A stretch of DNA of 64,000 nt from Botryllus schlosseri (lineage: Eukaryota): the NCBI GenBank assembly GCA_051294905.1, contig CM119371.1, forward strand, positions 32,924,001 to 32,988,000. The letters are read 5' to 3'. This document shows, piece by piece, positions 1-13,073 of the stretch. Position 1 is the stretch's first letter. The number at the start of each line of letters is the position of its first letter. The translations under genes were made by a program, and so were the position numbers. Below the pieces are notes generated by a model, which did no database searches, was not told the DNA's origin, and was given only the letters and a program-made list of their open reading frames with translations.

Positions 1-21
1 GGGAGAAAAGGGTTTGTTGCT

Positions 22-250
22 CAGTGAAAAAGGTTTGTTACCCAGAGAAAAAATATATTTCCAAGTGAAAAAGGTTTGTTACCAAGAGAAAAAATATATT
101 TCCAAGTGAAAAAGGTTTGTTATCCAGGGTAAAAATATATTTCCAAGTGAAAAGGGGTTTGTTACCCAGGGAAAAAATATATTTCCAAGTGAAAAAACGT
201 TTGTTGTTGAGGGGAAACATATATTTCCAAGTGAAAATGGTTTTGTTACT
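22..250. repeat. 41-42 bp tandem repeat, about 5.5 units (TTTCCAAGTGAAAAAGGTTTGTTACCCAGAGAAAAAATATA)
   Basis: CCAAGTGAAAA recurs at 61, 102, 143, 185, 227. Confidence 0.95.
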
Positions 251-3200
251 CGGGTAACGCTAAACTCCCAAGGGAAAATGGTAATTGTACACAAGTAACG
301 GCTGACCTCCTGGTGAAAATGATATTTTTACTTGGGTAGGTATCGTATGTTCAGTGTCAGTGATGTTGTTAAACGTTGTTGCTTGACGTCGGTATCCCGT
401 TAGTGTATAATTATGAGTGTGAAAAGGATTTACACATCTTGTGCAGAGTATCAGAGTGTTGCGACAGTAAAGATATTTTTCGCGTGACGAACCAAGATCG
501 TTGTTTAAATGTTAATGCATTTCGATTACCGAGTTGCTGTACAATAGAGATGAATCTACATTAGACCGTGCTGTGTACTTCGATTAAAACCACATGTAAA
601 TCTATTAGCACAACTCGATGATGTTTATGTAGTGTTACTAAAATAAATTATTACCTATTTACACAACATAAAAATAACAATTCATGTCGTAGTAAGTAAG
701 CTTCTTGAACTCGTGCTTGATGAAAACGATTGGTGACAAGTATGCTTTTGTGTTTGAGTGAAAATTAATTATTTAGAGTAGTGACAGTTTGTGACCAACG
801 AATGCAAATCGATCATGGTATACGCTTTCGTCAACATAACGACTTGGCGTAGAAACACTTTAACGTTTTTCAATAACCAGAATCTTGAAACATGTTGCTT
901 GTGTGATTTACAGCTGGTGCACAAAGGTTAGCGACGTTTTTTAATATAGTTCCACTTTCTAGTTGTTTTGATGTGAGGCTCGGCGCTTCTCGTTAGTAAA
1001 GTAAATTGTTTTGTGCGTTAGATTTGTGGTAAGTAAGTCGAATACATACTCTTTTGTGGAAGTAACTGTATTACTGCAATATCATTGGTAGGTCTCTGAA
1101 GCAGTCACAGTGGTTTTAATTTTGAAAGATGTCGCGATGTCGGTATAATGTTTTCTAAAAGTCAAACTCGGACGGATATCATGGCTGTGTAGGACTTACG
1201 ATAAACACCTTTGTTACAAGAACTATGATATTTCTGTAAGTACTATAGTTGTGTGTTGGATTATTTTAATATTTAGATGTGTGACCATTCGTGTAAAAAA
1301 GTTTGTAGAGTCTACACAACCATTTGGTTTCGTAGTGTGAGGATATGAAGTAAAGTCGACTACTTTGTGTGATGTAAATATCCTTCGTACTTTTGTAAGA
1401 GTTGTGGGAGGGTGCTCATTCATACCCTACAAAGTAACTAGTTGATACAAACAAAATAATGAATGACCGCCAACACATTGAATTCATAACCCAAGATTGT
1501 GAAAATTGTTTACTGTTAGACTAACATAATTCGTATCTAGCAAAACGATAGACACCAACAGACTAACATAATTCGTATCCAGCAAAACGATAGACACCAA
1601 AGGTTCGATGGGGTTTAAATCTAGATTGTATTAAGCGAAGTGATGAGTACCTCCAGTAATAAAATCGAAACGGCCAAAACAAATTTTCTGTGTCTTGGTT
1701 GTTGTAAATAACTATTTGGTATGATATTAGTTGAGTGTGTGACAATTCGTATCTGTCGAGGTTGTATGTTTAGCCATATCGAAATGAATCCAGAATACAT
1801 ATAGTATACATTGATCACAATAGAATCGATGAGAATGTTAACCACATAGAGTGTATTTGTATGAAAGTCATTTCCAACACAGTTACTTCGATCGGTATTA
1901 ATTCCGTGTCATACAAAAAACATGAAACCTGTGTACAGTTTCGTTTTACGAGAATATCGAGTAAGTTGATTATTTTTTGTGTCACGAAAATATCTTGTAT
2001 TGATATTGCACACTGGTTTCATTACCCAAGTGCGTGAAAATTGTTTTCTACTGGACAGATATGATTTGTATTTAGAAAAAACGACCCACACCGATAAAGC
2101 GACGTTGTGTAATATCCGCTGAGTGCGTGAAATTGCCTTACGATTTGATTTAGCGAGTTAATTGTTGGTGATTCAATCACATACAAGTATATGGTCTTTT
2201 AGTGACTGAGTATTGTGACGACATTTACTTTGACAAATGGCAATGGGAAAATTTCCAATTTCTCTGCTCGTGTGTGTTGCACAAATAGTACTAGTATGCA
2301 TTCAGTGAACATCATACAAATTGACAACGACTTTCATTAGTTTGGTTAGATGATGACAATTATTCCGCAGGTTCAAATCGATATCACTACTATGAACAAC
2401 AATACAAACACATTTTTTCTAGATTTCAGTGTAGCACATACTTCGATTTTATTATTGTTATGAGTTTTGTATTAACCAAGGTCGGTTGAATAGGATCCAT
2501 CCAGTAAAGATATTCAAAATTGTTTCTCTGTTGATCAAAGTCTTAGAGTGTAACCTCGTAATGTTTTACATTTCACACATTCGACAGAGAGTGTGAACAG
2601 AGTTTAACACGGATTAAACGACGCCGCCCGGAGTCCAAAGTGATTTACTCGTACTGTGTAAGATGAGTATGTTTCAATTCACCGTCACAGATTCTGACAA
2701 TAAAGTATTGCCCGGTTGTTAGCCAGCAAACGGAATTGTTGTTTCATCTTTAGTCTTGGTAACTGAAACGATTACATTTGTAAAGTATTTTCTGATATCC
2801 GCGATACCCAGAGTGATTTGTACCAAGGTGGAATGATTTGTCAATCAAGAACATTTCAGACACGTATAGTTTTACAACTCAATATGTTAATAGCCATGAT
2901 AGTGAAAAGTTTGTTGCTGTCATAATAACCTTCACCACATCGGCGGGTCTAATTAACACAAATAAATTAGTAATCAAGTCATGATAGACCATTACAAAAC
3001 CCCATATGTCAAATCGATGTGACAATCCTTATGTTTACATCATGATAATTTTCGATATAACACCTACGTTCGATTGTAAGAAATGAATTCTCAACTACGA
3101 TGGCCAGACTTTCAAATCTTGTATACTCAAACATGTTAGGTTAATCTCAAGGCGCCTGCATCGAGTAGTAGTTACTTTTGTCTTACAAAATCTATCGAGT

Positions 3201-4199
3201 AGTCATTACTTTGTCTTGCAAAATAGTAACGACTTTTACAGTTGAACAAAAAAGACGAGTTGGTGGTATATGCCTAAAACCGAACTTGATATGTTTGTGG
3301 GTTGTAGTGATTACTTGCGTAGTCTTGTCTACTTTTCGTATGGACACTTTTTGCTTTGGTTCGGTGAGTTACAAACGGATTGACTTGACAAGGTTTGTGT
3401 ATTTTACTCTTTTGTTGATGGCAAGATGGTGAGATGTCGAGACGTAAGACTATTTCCGTACACTCAATTACAACAAAACATAACCCGCATTCAAATAAGC
3501 CGTAAGCTACAAGCGGATTTAAAACTTGATGCTGTTTTGTGGTTGACTCAAGTCAGTAGTCATGTTTGTGTTGATTTCGGGAATGATCATGACGAGTTGG
3601 TCGGGTAAATTAGGTAATGTGGTAGTAACTATGACCTTACCGAGTTGCTGACATTCAAATATCTTTTACGGATTTAATTGTGATAAATTATTTCTCAGTT
3701 ATTGTTCAGACATTGAAATCTCGTATACTCAAAATATAATATGTTCAAGTCGAATCGTGTATGCACCGATTAGTAAATACTTTGTCTTCAGAATAGTAAC
3801 GACCTTTACAATCGAATAAAAAAAAAGACCGATCATACGAATACAACCAGGATGAATTAATTCAAATTTATGAGTTGTAGTGATATAATCAAGTAAGTGA
3901 AAACTAGATTTTTAACAATTGTTATTGTTGTGAATAATTCTTTTCAGTATGGTAAGATGTTAAAATATCTCTTTGACAAACGGAAAGCGGGGCCGTGAAT
4001 AGAGTTGCAATGTTACATTACTTGTTTCAAATCAATGTGTGTATAATATCGAAACGGGACTGTGGGAAAGTTGGTAGTCATGTTTGTCAATCCTATTTCA
4101 ATTCACACTACGCCAAAGTCAAAATATTCGGTTTCGGATTATCTCAATTTACCTCTAGAACATCTCGCGAATGGATTCCGACACCGTACTATAACTAGA

Positions 4200-5110
4200 T
4201 CGCTATGTTTGATGCATTATCGTGTCAGCGACGTAGGATTTTTACAATTATTTCACACCTTTTTGAATAAGCGTCAACTTCACAGAGGATTAGGGTTGGG
4301 ACAGAAATAAGTGAAAATTTGTCGGTATTCGAATCACCGTCTACGCCGGCTCTGTTATTCGTTACTTATTAAATTTTACCAGCGAAATCCGGTTCTGTGA
4401 CAAATTAAGTACCAAAATAGTATCTTGTGAGTGTTTGGAATGTATGTAACAGCAAGTCGCGAAAGATGGTTATGTCCGAGACAATATCTTGTCAGCGATC
4501 GCGGGGTTTGCAACCTATTTCACACCTTTTTGAAGTGTTAGTTTGTGAACGCGGCTATTGTTGGTATCACCGTCTACGCCGGTTATGTGGCAAACCAATT
4601 ACCAAAATATTACATTGTCAACGATCGGCGTGTATGTAACAGCGAGTCGCGAGCGATGGTTATGTCTTAGGTATTATCTTGTGAGCGGTCGCGAGATTTT
4701 ACCAATATTTCACACCTTTTTGAATAAGCGTTCACTTCACAAAGGATTAGGGTTAGAGCGGAAATAAGTGGCAATTTGTCGCTATTCAAGTTACCGACCC
4801 TGGCGGTCTGTTATTCGTTACTTATTAAATCTTACGAGTGAAATCAAGCTCTGTCCCAAACTGCTTACGAAAATTTCACCGCGTGAGTGATCGATATGCC
4901 TGTAACATCAAGTCGCGTATGTCTGAGACATTATCTTGTCAGCGATCGCAGGGTTTGCAAACTATTTCACACCTATTTGGAGTGTTAATATGTGAACGCG
5001 GCTATTGTTGGTATTGGAATCGCCGTCTACGCCGGCTCTCTGGTAAACTAATTACCAAATATTACCTTGCTAGTTATTCCTAGATTTTGCAAACTATTTT
5101 CACGCCTTTT
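4200..5110. repeat. Diverged ~458 bp tandem duplication
   Basis: ATTTCACACCTTTTTGAATAAGCG...GGATTAGGGTT at ~4250 and ~4707; the two ORF pairs (4062/4558 and 4427/4838) have matching translations. Confidence 0.9.
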
Positions 5111-5506
5111 TTGTTGAAAGTACGACATGCCACCCGCAGTCTATACCCGAAAGTACGAATCACCGCCGCGGCCATAAGAATAACGATATATTGAAGTCGC
5201 ATTCACCGTAAACGTTGGGATTCCCTCGAACACGAGACGGCAGGTCATCACCGCAGCCTATACCGAAAGGGTGGGGTCACCAACACGAGTTTTCAAGGTA
5301 TATCATCGCCGCAGCCTATACCCGAAAGGGTGGTATCATCACCGCGCCCATAAGAAACAATGGCAGGTCACCACCACATAGGGGGTCTAAAAGGGTGGGG
5401 TCATCACCCCGGGTTTCGCGGCAGGTCACCACCCCGCCCATAAGAGCCCCTGCCACCTCACGAGAGATCTACTTAACTACTTACGCCTTAACGGCCTAGG
5501 CCAAAC

Positions 5507-5982
5507 CGGACAATGTATTTGGCTTCTGAATATTGCTACGTTGATATTGAGCAGAGCGTAAAACGGGTTTTTATAATTGCTACCGATATTACCCCATTAA
5601 CAAGTTATACAGCAGTAGCTAACACCCCAATCGCACGGATTTGGTTGTTATGATACAATAAACATATGATATGACGATTGACCCGGACGCCTGATGGAGT
5701 TTCACATCAGACAACGATATTAACTTAAAATTTTGAGATTGTCAAGCTGCATGCTCGTTTAGTGTTAATTTTTTATGCTGTCAGCGTCATGCATATAGTG
5801 GCCCGCAGTTGAAATACAAAAAATTTCAACCAAAGTCGTTTTATAATGAAGTGACAATTGTAATATATGAAAAAGGTTTACAGTGCAGAACCTACCAAGG
5901 TTCGTTTGTGAACGTGAACCTCTAAATTTTTGAGGTTCACACACAGAACGCGAACGCGAACCTCACGTTCACACCATCCCTA
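5507..5982 (+). mobile_element. Dispersed repeat, right part of a non-autonomous element ending GTTCACACCATCCCTA; second copy at 35820-36454
   Basis: Colinear similarity from CGGACAATGTATTT to GTTCACACCATCCCTA in both places. Confidence 0.8.
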
Positions 5983-6455
5983 CTGCATACCTAGATCCCA
6001 AAAAGTTGCGCGGCATCCCTGAGAATCTCTGGTGGCACACTAATGTGCCGCGGCGCACAGTTTGGTAATCACTGGCTTATAAGATTATTATGGAACCGGC
6101 GCAAGTATGACACGCAAAATCGGGAAGAGTCCGATGACCTCTGCCCAATGGTTTGAAAGTCAACCCGCGCACGACCCGCGTTTTAAATTCGATTTGAGCC
6201 TCTTCGGCCAACTTGAATTGTTATTTGCAATGTCGCCGCCATATTTTCGGCCATGAGTGAACTTTACTTTATATATATGAAGAAAAAAATCTTCTTCGCA
6301 GGTCAGATTCTCCAACATTCAAAAATTTAGTCTCGGTGCTTGAAAATGGAAAAGAGCTTCTTGCACGCGTTCTACATTGTGACGGAATTGACGAACCAGA
6401 AATATTGCAGTCTATGTATACACAAAGATTCTACCGCTGGATTGATATTCCGGAA

Positions 6456-7312
6456 TAGGGTTCTGGTAAAAATCATTTTGCATATGATTAAAATCGTTCT
6501 AAATTAAAGCAATAATTCCAATCATAATTTTTTTAAATTTGATGATTTTTACTTATAATAAAAAAAATGGGATGAATGACGACCACGCCAATGAAGGTGA
6601 TACGGCATATTGCATCAACTCAATAATGCGCGGATCGGAATTACCAGCCCATAGTTGAAAAACGTCAACCTCCCTGACAATAATGGGTCGCTAAATTCGC
6701 CATTAACCCGTTCCAAGACATCTTGAGTAGGGCTGGGTCAGGGTTGTAATCAGGTCACAAGGTTCTGAGTCAAAATTCAATCACACTTTCACGCTATTGA
6801 CTCTAGCCAAGTCTAATCATTTTAAAGTAACCAAAGAATCAAGCCCAAGTATAAATCAGGGTGTTGAACTGGAATTATGTTTTCGTGGTCGCATAAAGTG
6901 TACATATTTCAATTGCCCTCGTAATTTTTACAGTTGTGATTTCAATGTCCTTCAACTCGAATACTTGATTAGAAGCCCAATACTCGATTCAGAATCGAAT
7001 CTCTCAGGTACTCGATTTCGATCAGCCCAAATGTTAAGTCAAATGGGAATCATCGATAACACTATAGCATGGGTTTCATGAGTATCATTGATGATATCAG
7101 GAGTGGTCGTCGGATGCGAAAAACTACGCCCGGTTTTTGTACAATGTACATGCTGGTTGTCCAATAATAAACAACATTCACGTATCTCTTCAGAAAATAA
7201 AACTGTCGCAAAAACAATCAATGAAATCAGCACTGTTAAAATACAGGATCAAGGATAAAACCTGAAATGAATCGCACTGATTTAAATTAGCATGATTCAA
7301 ACCAGAACCCTA
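6456..7312. mobile_element. hAT-type MITE with TAGGGTTCTGG termini; inverted copy at 18103-18931
   Basis: TIR TAGGGTTCTGG/CCAGAACCCTA; imperfect TSD TTCCGGAA/TTCCGAAC; internal similarity to the 18103 copy. Confidence 0.8.
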
Positions 7313-8459
7313 TTCCGAACAGTTGAAAGTCTACACTTCAATTCTAACACATGCATTTAATAATATCATTACAAAGAGTATCTCGTATGTAAAATTTATC
7401 GCGGCTGCTAAGCAATAATTATTATTTGTGATTTGCGATTTGCAGCGCATGAACATTGTACGGTTGACCGCTTTTTCAGATAATTTGATACACCTGTTTA
7501 TTGCAATTACAGCAGTTTAACAGTGAACCTCGTTGTATTGTATACATAGTCCTTTTTGCCGTGGATTGTGCTGACGAGATTATCAGGGTTGTACGGTTCG
7601 CCGAGAACAACTACACTAGTACCTTTACGCGGTTTATTTATTCGACTTATCATATTTTCAGCGTCCAAACCGAGGACAGTGTCTCTCTCACTGCAGTGCC
7701 TGCCGCCAGGATGGGCAAAATAAATTGTGAAAATCTTCGATTGTCATTGGTATTTTTAATCGATATTCAGGAATGACTGACTTGAAACATTTTTGCACCT
7801 AAACTAATGAAATTTGCATATTTATTGCTGAAAAATGCCGCTCGATGTAAGATATGAGGTAACACGAGCTTAGCTTCACCTGTGTGATCGCAATTCATAA
7901 TTCATCGTAGAGAGCTTAGAATTCATAATTACTCGTGTTATTCGAATACAATTGCTGCACTTATCCCTATAATCCAAATATTTAGCATCAGAACCCCAGG
8001 GAGCAAATAAATGCGAAATTAAGCTTTGTTGCAAAGAATGACCACACATAGAAACAAAGATCACTGATCAGGTGAGGCCTAGATTAATTTGCCTCACTGA
8101 GTATTGGTTAAGAATCCGACAAGCGAAGCGCCGTGACAACATTCCATTGTGGATGTAGCTGTTGCGTATTTTCCGTCTATTCTATACCCACCTTCAATTA
8201 TAGATATGTAGTAGCTCATACGTAGCGGCAGTATGAATAGTGTTACTGGGATAAGAAACAAGAAACCAACTCATTCAGCTAACCTTTTAGGTTTATTTAT
8301 TTGTACATCTGACTTTAAAGGCGGCGGTACCTAACCAAACATGAATACTCACCACACGTCACTGGTCTGCAATGACAATCAAGAATACAAGGCTAGTAGG
8401 CTATAGTAAAGCAATTTGCTGAAAAGAAAACTTTATTAAACCTGAAATTCAGGATGTAT

Positions 8460-8894
8460 CATGGCTGTAGAAGTGTTGGGATCAAGTCAATACCTTCGAG
8501 TCACGAGTCATCTCGAGTCATTGCACATTTTGACTCGAGTCAAGTCAAGTCAATGGATTTTCAAAGGTGACTCGAGTCGAGACAAGTCACTCGTTTTTTT
8601 GTTGGTGACTCGAGTCAAATCAAGTCACGTCACAATTCAAGTCAAATTGAATTTTCAAAGTATGAGTGATGATTCAAAGTCTTAACACTTTCTGGCCTAT
8701 ATTTCCAAGTATCAGAAATGATTGACGAAATACCAATAATGTGTTAACTTTACTATTCTTCGATGTTACAATGAAAAGTGTCGAGTACAGGTCGAGTCAG
8801 TGCAAAAACGGACTCGGTCAGGTTGAGTCGAGTCATTTTACGCATTTGAAAAAATACCTCGAGTCGAGTTATGACCAGAGTCATTACAGCCCTG
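8460..8894. mobile_element. MITE rich in TCGAGTC subrepeats, related to 33248-33797
   Basis: Right end GTCATTACAGCCCTG; many CTCGAGTC/CAAGTC repeats; no TSD found. Confidence 0.7.
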
Positions 8895-8980
8895 ATAATC
8901 GAGATTCCCTCAATAATTACAAAGGTAGTAACTTGAAACGTAATTACGAAACCAAACACCATATCTTTCCCACGACTTAC

Positions 8981-10700
8981 CCAACGGAGACAGATTTACG
9001 AAGCAATAAGATTACCGTGCTGATATCTTCCTTAAATGCTCAGCAGCACTTAAAAGAACTGCTCCACACTGCTTTTACGTCATAGCCTGATTTCCAACAG
9101 CTTGTAGCCGAGGTGGAGACACACCGTAAGAACCCCTGCACTACGATATCTCGCCTCTTGTACGAAATGTTAACCGGAAACTGCTTCAGCGTCTGCGCTG
9201 TATGACCTACTAATTATATTCTCCGTCCGAATTTTCGAATTAAACAATGATGGGGCACCAACGAACAGTGTGACCTTCATCATTTGTCCGTAACTTGATG
9301 AGTCCGTAGCAATTCCACATATGATTGTTATATCCTCATCATCAGGTATAGGTTGAAAAAGCCTGCTATCATGCGTACCTATAACATTCAATCCAACTGA
9401 AATGTATAGTGTCATCAGCTCGTACGACGCAGCAGTGTTGATCGTAAAATCGAACTCATTTAGTCGTCATCACATACACAAATAAAAGGAACTCTGCATG
9501 TCCAAAGATAAACAAGTAGTCATGATGAAGCTGAAGTGTTGCGATCGAGAATTGAATTGCACTTTATAATCGGTACAGATCTTCAAGTTCTTCTTAGTCC
9601 GATTTTGGCAGCAATTACGATACGTTCGTTCGAGTGATTGCAACATTATGCCTTTGAAATGTATGTCGTTGAAGTATTGCGTATCGCCATCATCACTATT
9701 CATCATGACAGAACTGGAGAGTGACAGTCACATTACCGTGTAGTTGTTATAATGCACCTCCAGCAGACAATTGATATCAGTCACACATTGAACTAAATTG
9801 CTTACTGGCACAGAGTCATCCAACAGTCATTCAAGCTATCTTGACGTCTCGATTATTTACGTTTGATGAAAAACAAAGCGGGGGTGTGATATCAAATTGT
9901 TGACCACACAAGACAAAACACAATCCCAGTCGATCTGAAAAAAATCAACATAATGGATTGTGACATTATGCTTCGGACTTTATCAGACACTCCGCAAGGA
10001 GAATTGTCAAAATCACACCCGTTAAATTACAAACAGCGCTGCATGTGCTACGCTACGAATCCGAAATAAAAAGTGAACTCGGACGTGATCATGAGCTTCC
10101 TGCTAGCAATGCGAATAGCGCTTTGGTCAAAGTTTTAGAAAACTACAGCTGTAGCCATGATTTGTTAGCGTACAGATTTACATCGACACACGAAGTCTTC
10201 ATGAATTCAGTTCTCACTATGCAGGTCCACCAGACGTGATGGTGACGGTGATGGTGTTGCTCTCGTGGTTACTTCCATCCATCCCGCACTCACAAGCGTA
10301 TATCCAACTTGAATTTGTTTTCAAACCACGTTGTTACGCGAATCCATAGCTTACAGAATTCTTTTCGTGTACAGAACCACTACAAATATTCGGAGCTAAT
10401 GATGCATACTAGGCCGAGGATTATCAAGTGTCCTCAGAAGTGAGTATCCATTAATGTTGTTCAAGAACAACTTTTTACACATTTCACTGGCTGTTCTTAC
10501 ATCACAGCGTATGTGCATGTCTGGAGACAGGTATTTGATATTGCGTGATGTAACCGCGTAATCGATGTCAGTAAAAGCTCAGTAGTGAGCTGTGCTGAAA
10601 GTTGGAATCACGATGAAAAACATCTGTGTGGTGTGAAATGACGAATTTAGTCGAAACCCCTATGAATACCGACACTACAACTCTACGCGACACATGTATA
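8981..10700 (-). pseudogene. Tentative decayed multi-immunoglobulin-domain gene
   Basis: Cys motifs resembling Ig strands E/F recur every ~240-390 bp on the minus strand in shifting frames (LLLTSITRLHHAISNTC, WIYACECG, DWDCVLSCVVNN, TYRNCCQN, LFQPIPDDEDITIICG, SYCFVN); GTAAGT donor at 8980-8975. Confidence 0.4.
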
Positions 10701-10818
10701 AGCCCAAGGACATAACTCATTTGAGCCAATCCAAAAGATTAGTCAACAGCGGTCCTTCAGATCCGTCTATAATTGTGGCTCCTTATTGCTGTTTCCCTTT
10801 GTACAGTACAATCTAGAT

Positions 10819-11529
10819 CAGTTGTTCTGAGCCGGTGTTACACGATACACAAGGGTTTCCGCAAACCAGTCTCAGGGATTCCGCCGGAGGTCAAGATACA
10901 CACAACTCATACAGGCCATCATTGGTTGCAGGCAGTTAGGCGCAATGAATAACTGAATTGTGAATGCCATGGTTCCAGGTCGTGTGCGTGCCGCAAGTGC
11001 ATGCAAAGGGTCCGGCTTCAAATTTGAATCTCCGTCGTTTTAAAATGCCGAATCCATCTCCAATATTCATTGCAGTGATTCTTAACCAATGGTCCATGCA
11101 ACACTAGTGCGTCCCTGAGCCAGTCTCGGGTGTTCTTTGGAGGTCAAGACACACTTGCAACTCATACGTGTGACTGGTGAAGATATGCCCGCCTCGGTCA
11201 GGCATGATCACTTGTCGAATTCTGACTGCTGTGGCGGTACTTCCTGTACAATGGCGTCCGCAGGAGAGGGTGGGGTTTGAAATCGAAACCCCAGTCTTAC
11301 TGGAGTGCAAATTTTATCACAAATGTTCTAGTTTTGTACGGAAACCATATTTTAATGGTTTTGTTTTTTTAACGCTCTGTCCATGCGCAGCTCATTTTTC
11401 GCACCAGCATTCTATAGTAATGTATTATATCTGTGTATTCGGGTACATCTTTGTTTTTATTTGGGGTTCCACGAAGGCTCGCCGATTAGCCTAGGTGTTG
11501 CGCGAGTTAGTACAGGTTAAGAACCACTG
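10819..11529. mobile_element. hAT (Charlie-like) MITE with a duplicated left end at ~11072
   Basis: CAGTTGTTCT...AAGAACCACTG termini; TSD ATCTAGAT/ATATAGAT. Confidence 0.8.
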
Positions 11530-11601
11530 ATATAGATATCATACTAAGGTGTCACTATCTACATCTATACTGGTGAATGTACAATGTACATGTGTTATCA
11601 G

Positions 11602-12096
11602 TAGGGCTGGGCACAATGATTCGAGTACTCGAATCTGAATCGAGTATTAATTTTAATGATTCGAGTCGAGTATTAAAAGACGATTTTTCGAGTACTGAAA
11701 TTATATGCTCCTCGCAACTGAAAGTTAATTTACTAACGAGAGGAAGCCTTGAAACCTTGATTGGCCAGTATCGCAGCATACCAGACATAGTACAAAAGCT
11801 ACGAACGTTAGGCCTACTGGAAATAACACATTTCCGAAGTCATGATCATCCCACAACATTGTCAAAAACTGCAATGAAAAGGGTATGGTCAAAAAAATAC
11901 AAAAGCATCTTTAAAATGTGACGGATAACAGCCATTATGTTCTTTGTGGTGGCATAAAAGGTACATATTTGAACTTCGACATAGTACATTATGTTGTGAC
12001 GTCATAATGAGTGATACTCGATTACTCGACTCGACTCGAAGCATATTAGGTGATTCAGAATCGAATCACTCAGGTACTCGATTTTGCCCAGCCCTA
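11602..12096. mobile_element. 495 bp hAT-type MITE; inverted copy at 57045-58061
   Basis: TIR TAGGGCTGGGCA/TGCCCAGCCCTA; perfect TSD GTTATCAG. Confidence 0.95.
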
Positions 12097-12125
12097 GTTA
12101 TCAGTATGCAGTACGCAGTATTCAC

Positions 12126-12510
12126 TAGGGCTGTTTAAAAATAACCTTTTTTCCGGATTCCTGCCATTCACTGATTATATTGTCAGGTGACCCTAAAAAA
12201 CGCTGCACAGGAAATTCGGTTCAATTCTAATAAGTATAAGACTCTGCAGATCCAAATAATATTTATTATTTATAAGGGAAAATTGAGAAAACAAAATTTC
12301 AAATTTTTATGTCAATCCCATGAAATTGTTGAGTTGTCTTCAAAGACGATGCAAAATAAATTTGAGTCAATTCCAACTAGTGGAAGTGAGGTTATTTTTA
12401 GTTTTTCGGTAATAATTCTTAGATTATTCACCAATCAAGGATAATCCGAGAGTTATCAACGAAAAATTAAAATAATTCCGCTTCTACTAGTTGTAATGGA
12501 CTTTGATTGA
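12126..12510. mobile_element. Truncated copy of the palindromic (foldback) MITE at 57248-57864
   Basis: Starts TAGGGCTGTTTAAAAATAAC and runs through the palindrome centre near 12430. Confidence 0.85.
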
Positions 12511-12706
12511 TTCGCTCGAACCACGAATTTCCTATTTATGCCCATTCTCACTACAGTCTGTCCACTATATTAGCTCTAAAACGTGTAAGGGAGGACGGAT
12601 TGCCAAAAAGGAGGACATTTAGGCGTCCTCGGAGGACATTTTCATAAACCCGACAAAGGAGGACAAATCCTTCTAAACGCGGACGTATGGTAACCCTCAT
12701 ATATAT

Positions 12707-13073
12707 TAGGCTTACCATACGTCCTCTTTTAAGAGGATTTGTCCTCTTTATTGACTTTTTTGAAAGTGTCCTCGGAGGACGCCCTGTTGTCCTCTTTTTT
12801 GAGATTTTGTCCTCTATTTTGAAAATTTAGGTAAGATTTAGAGGAAATTGCGAGTGAAATGCCGCAAATTAGCGCAGAAGTGAAGCTCCGGCGGGTATTT
12901 CGGAGGTAACAGCGGTTATTTAGCTCTGAGCGAAAAGAAGACTTTTTTTTTTAGTCAACCGATCGCGAAGTGGGACAAATTTACCGGTTTTTGAGAATTC
13001 TCCTCCAGTTTTGCATGTCTGAAATTTCTGAAAAAGTGTCCTCTTTTTTCATTTCCAAAATATGGTAAGCCTA
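12707..13073. mobile_element. hAT-type MITE (TAGGCTTACCATA termini); relatives at 47154-47391, ~12600-12697 and ~29040-29263
   Basis: TIR TAGGCTTACCATA/TATGGTAAGCCTA; TSD ATATATAT; GTCCTC subrepeats. Confidence 0.9.

Larger units (their letters stand above)
1..5481. mobile_element. Probable degenerate right arm and terminus of a Polinton/Maverick element
   Basis: Ends in ACTACT (reverse complement reads AGTAGTTAAGTAGATCTC), the typical Polinton terminus. It is preceded by a GC-rich subterminal zone (5130-5470) with short repeats and by internal tandem duplications. No pPolB, integrase or capsid is visible in the window. Confidence 0.5.

Noticed and set aside
22..250. CRISPR-like periodic repeats
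   Set aside because: Units are contiguous with no unique spacers, no cas genes are present, and the context is eukaryotic.
8241..8356. Short solo LTR (TGTTAC...ACCACA)
   Set aside because: No TSD and no second copy in the window.
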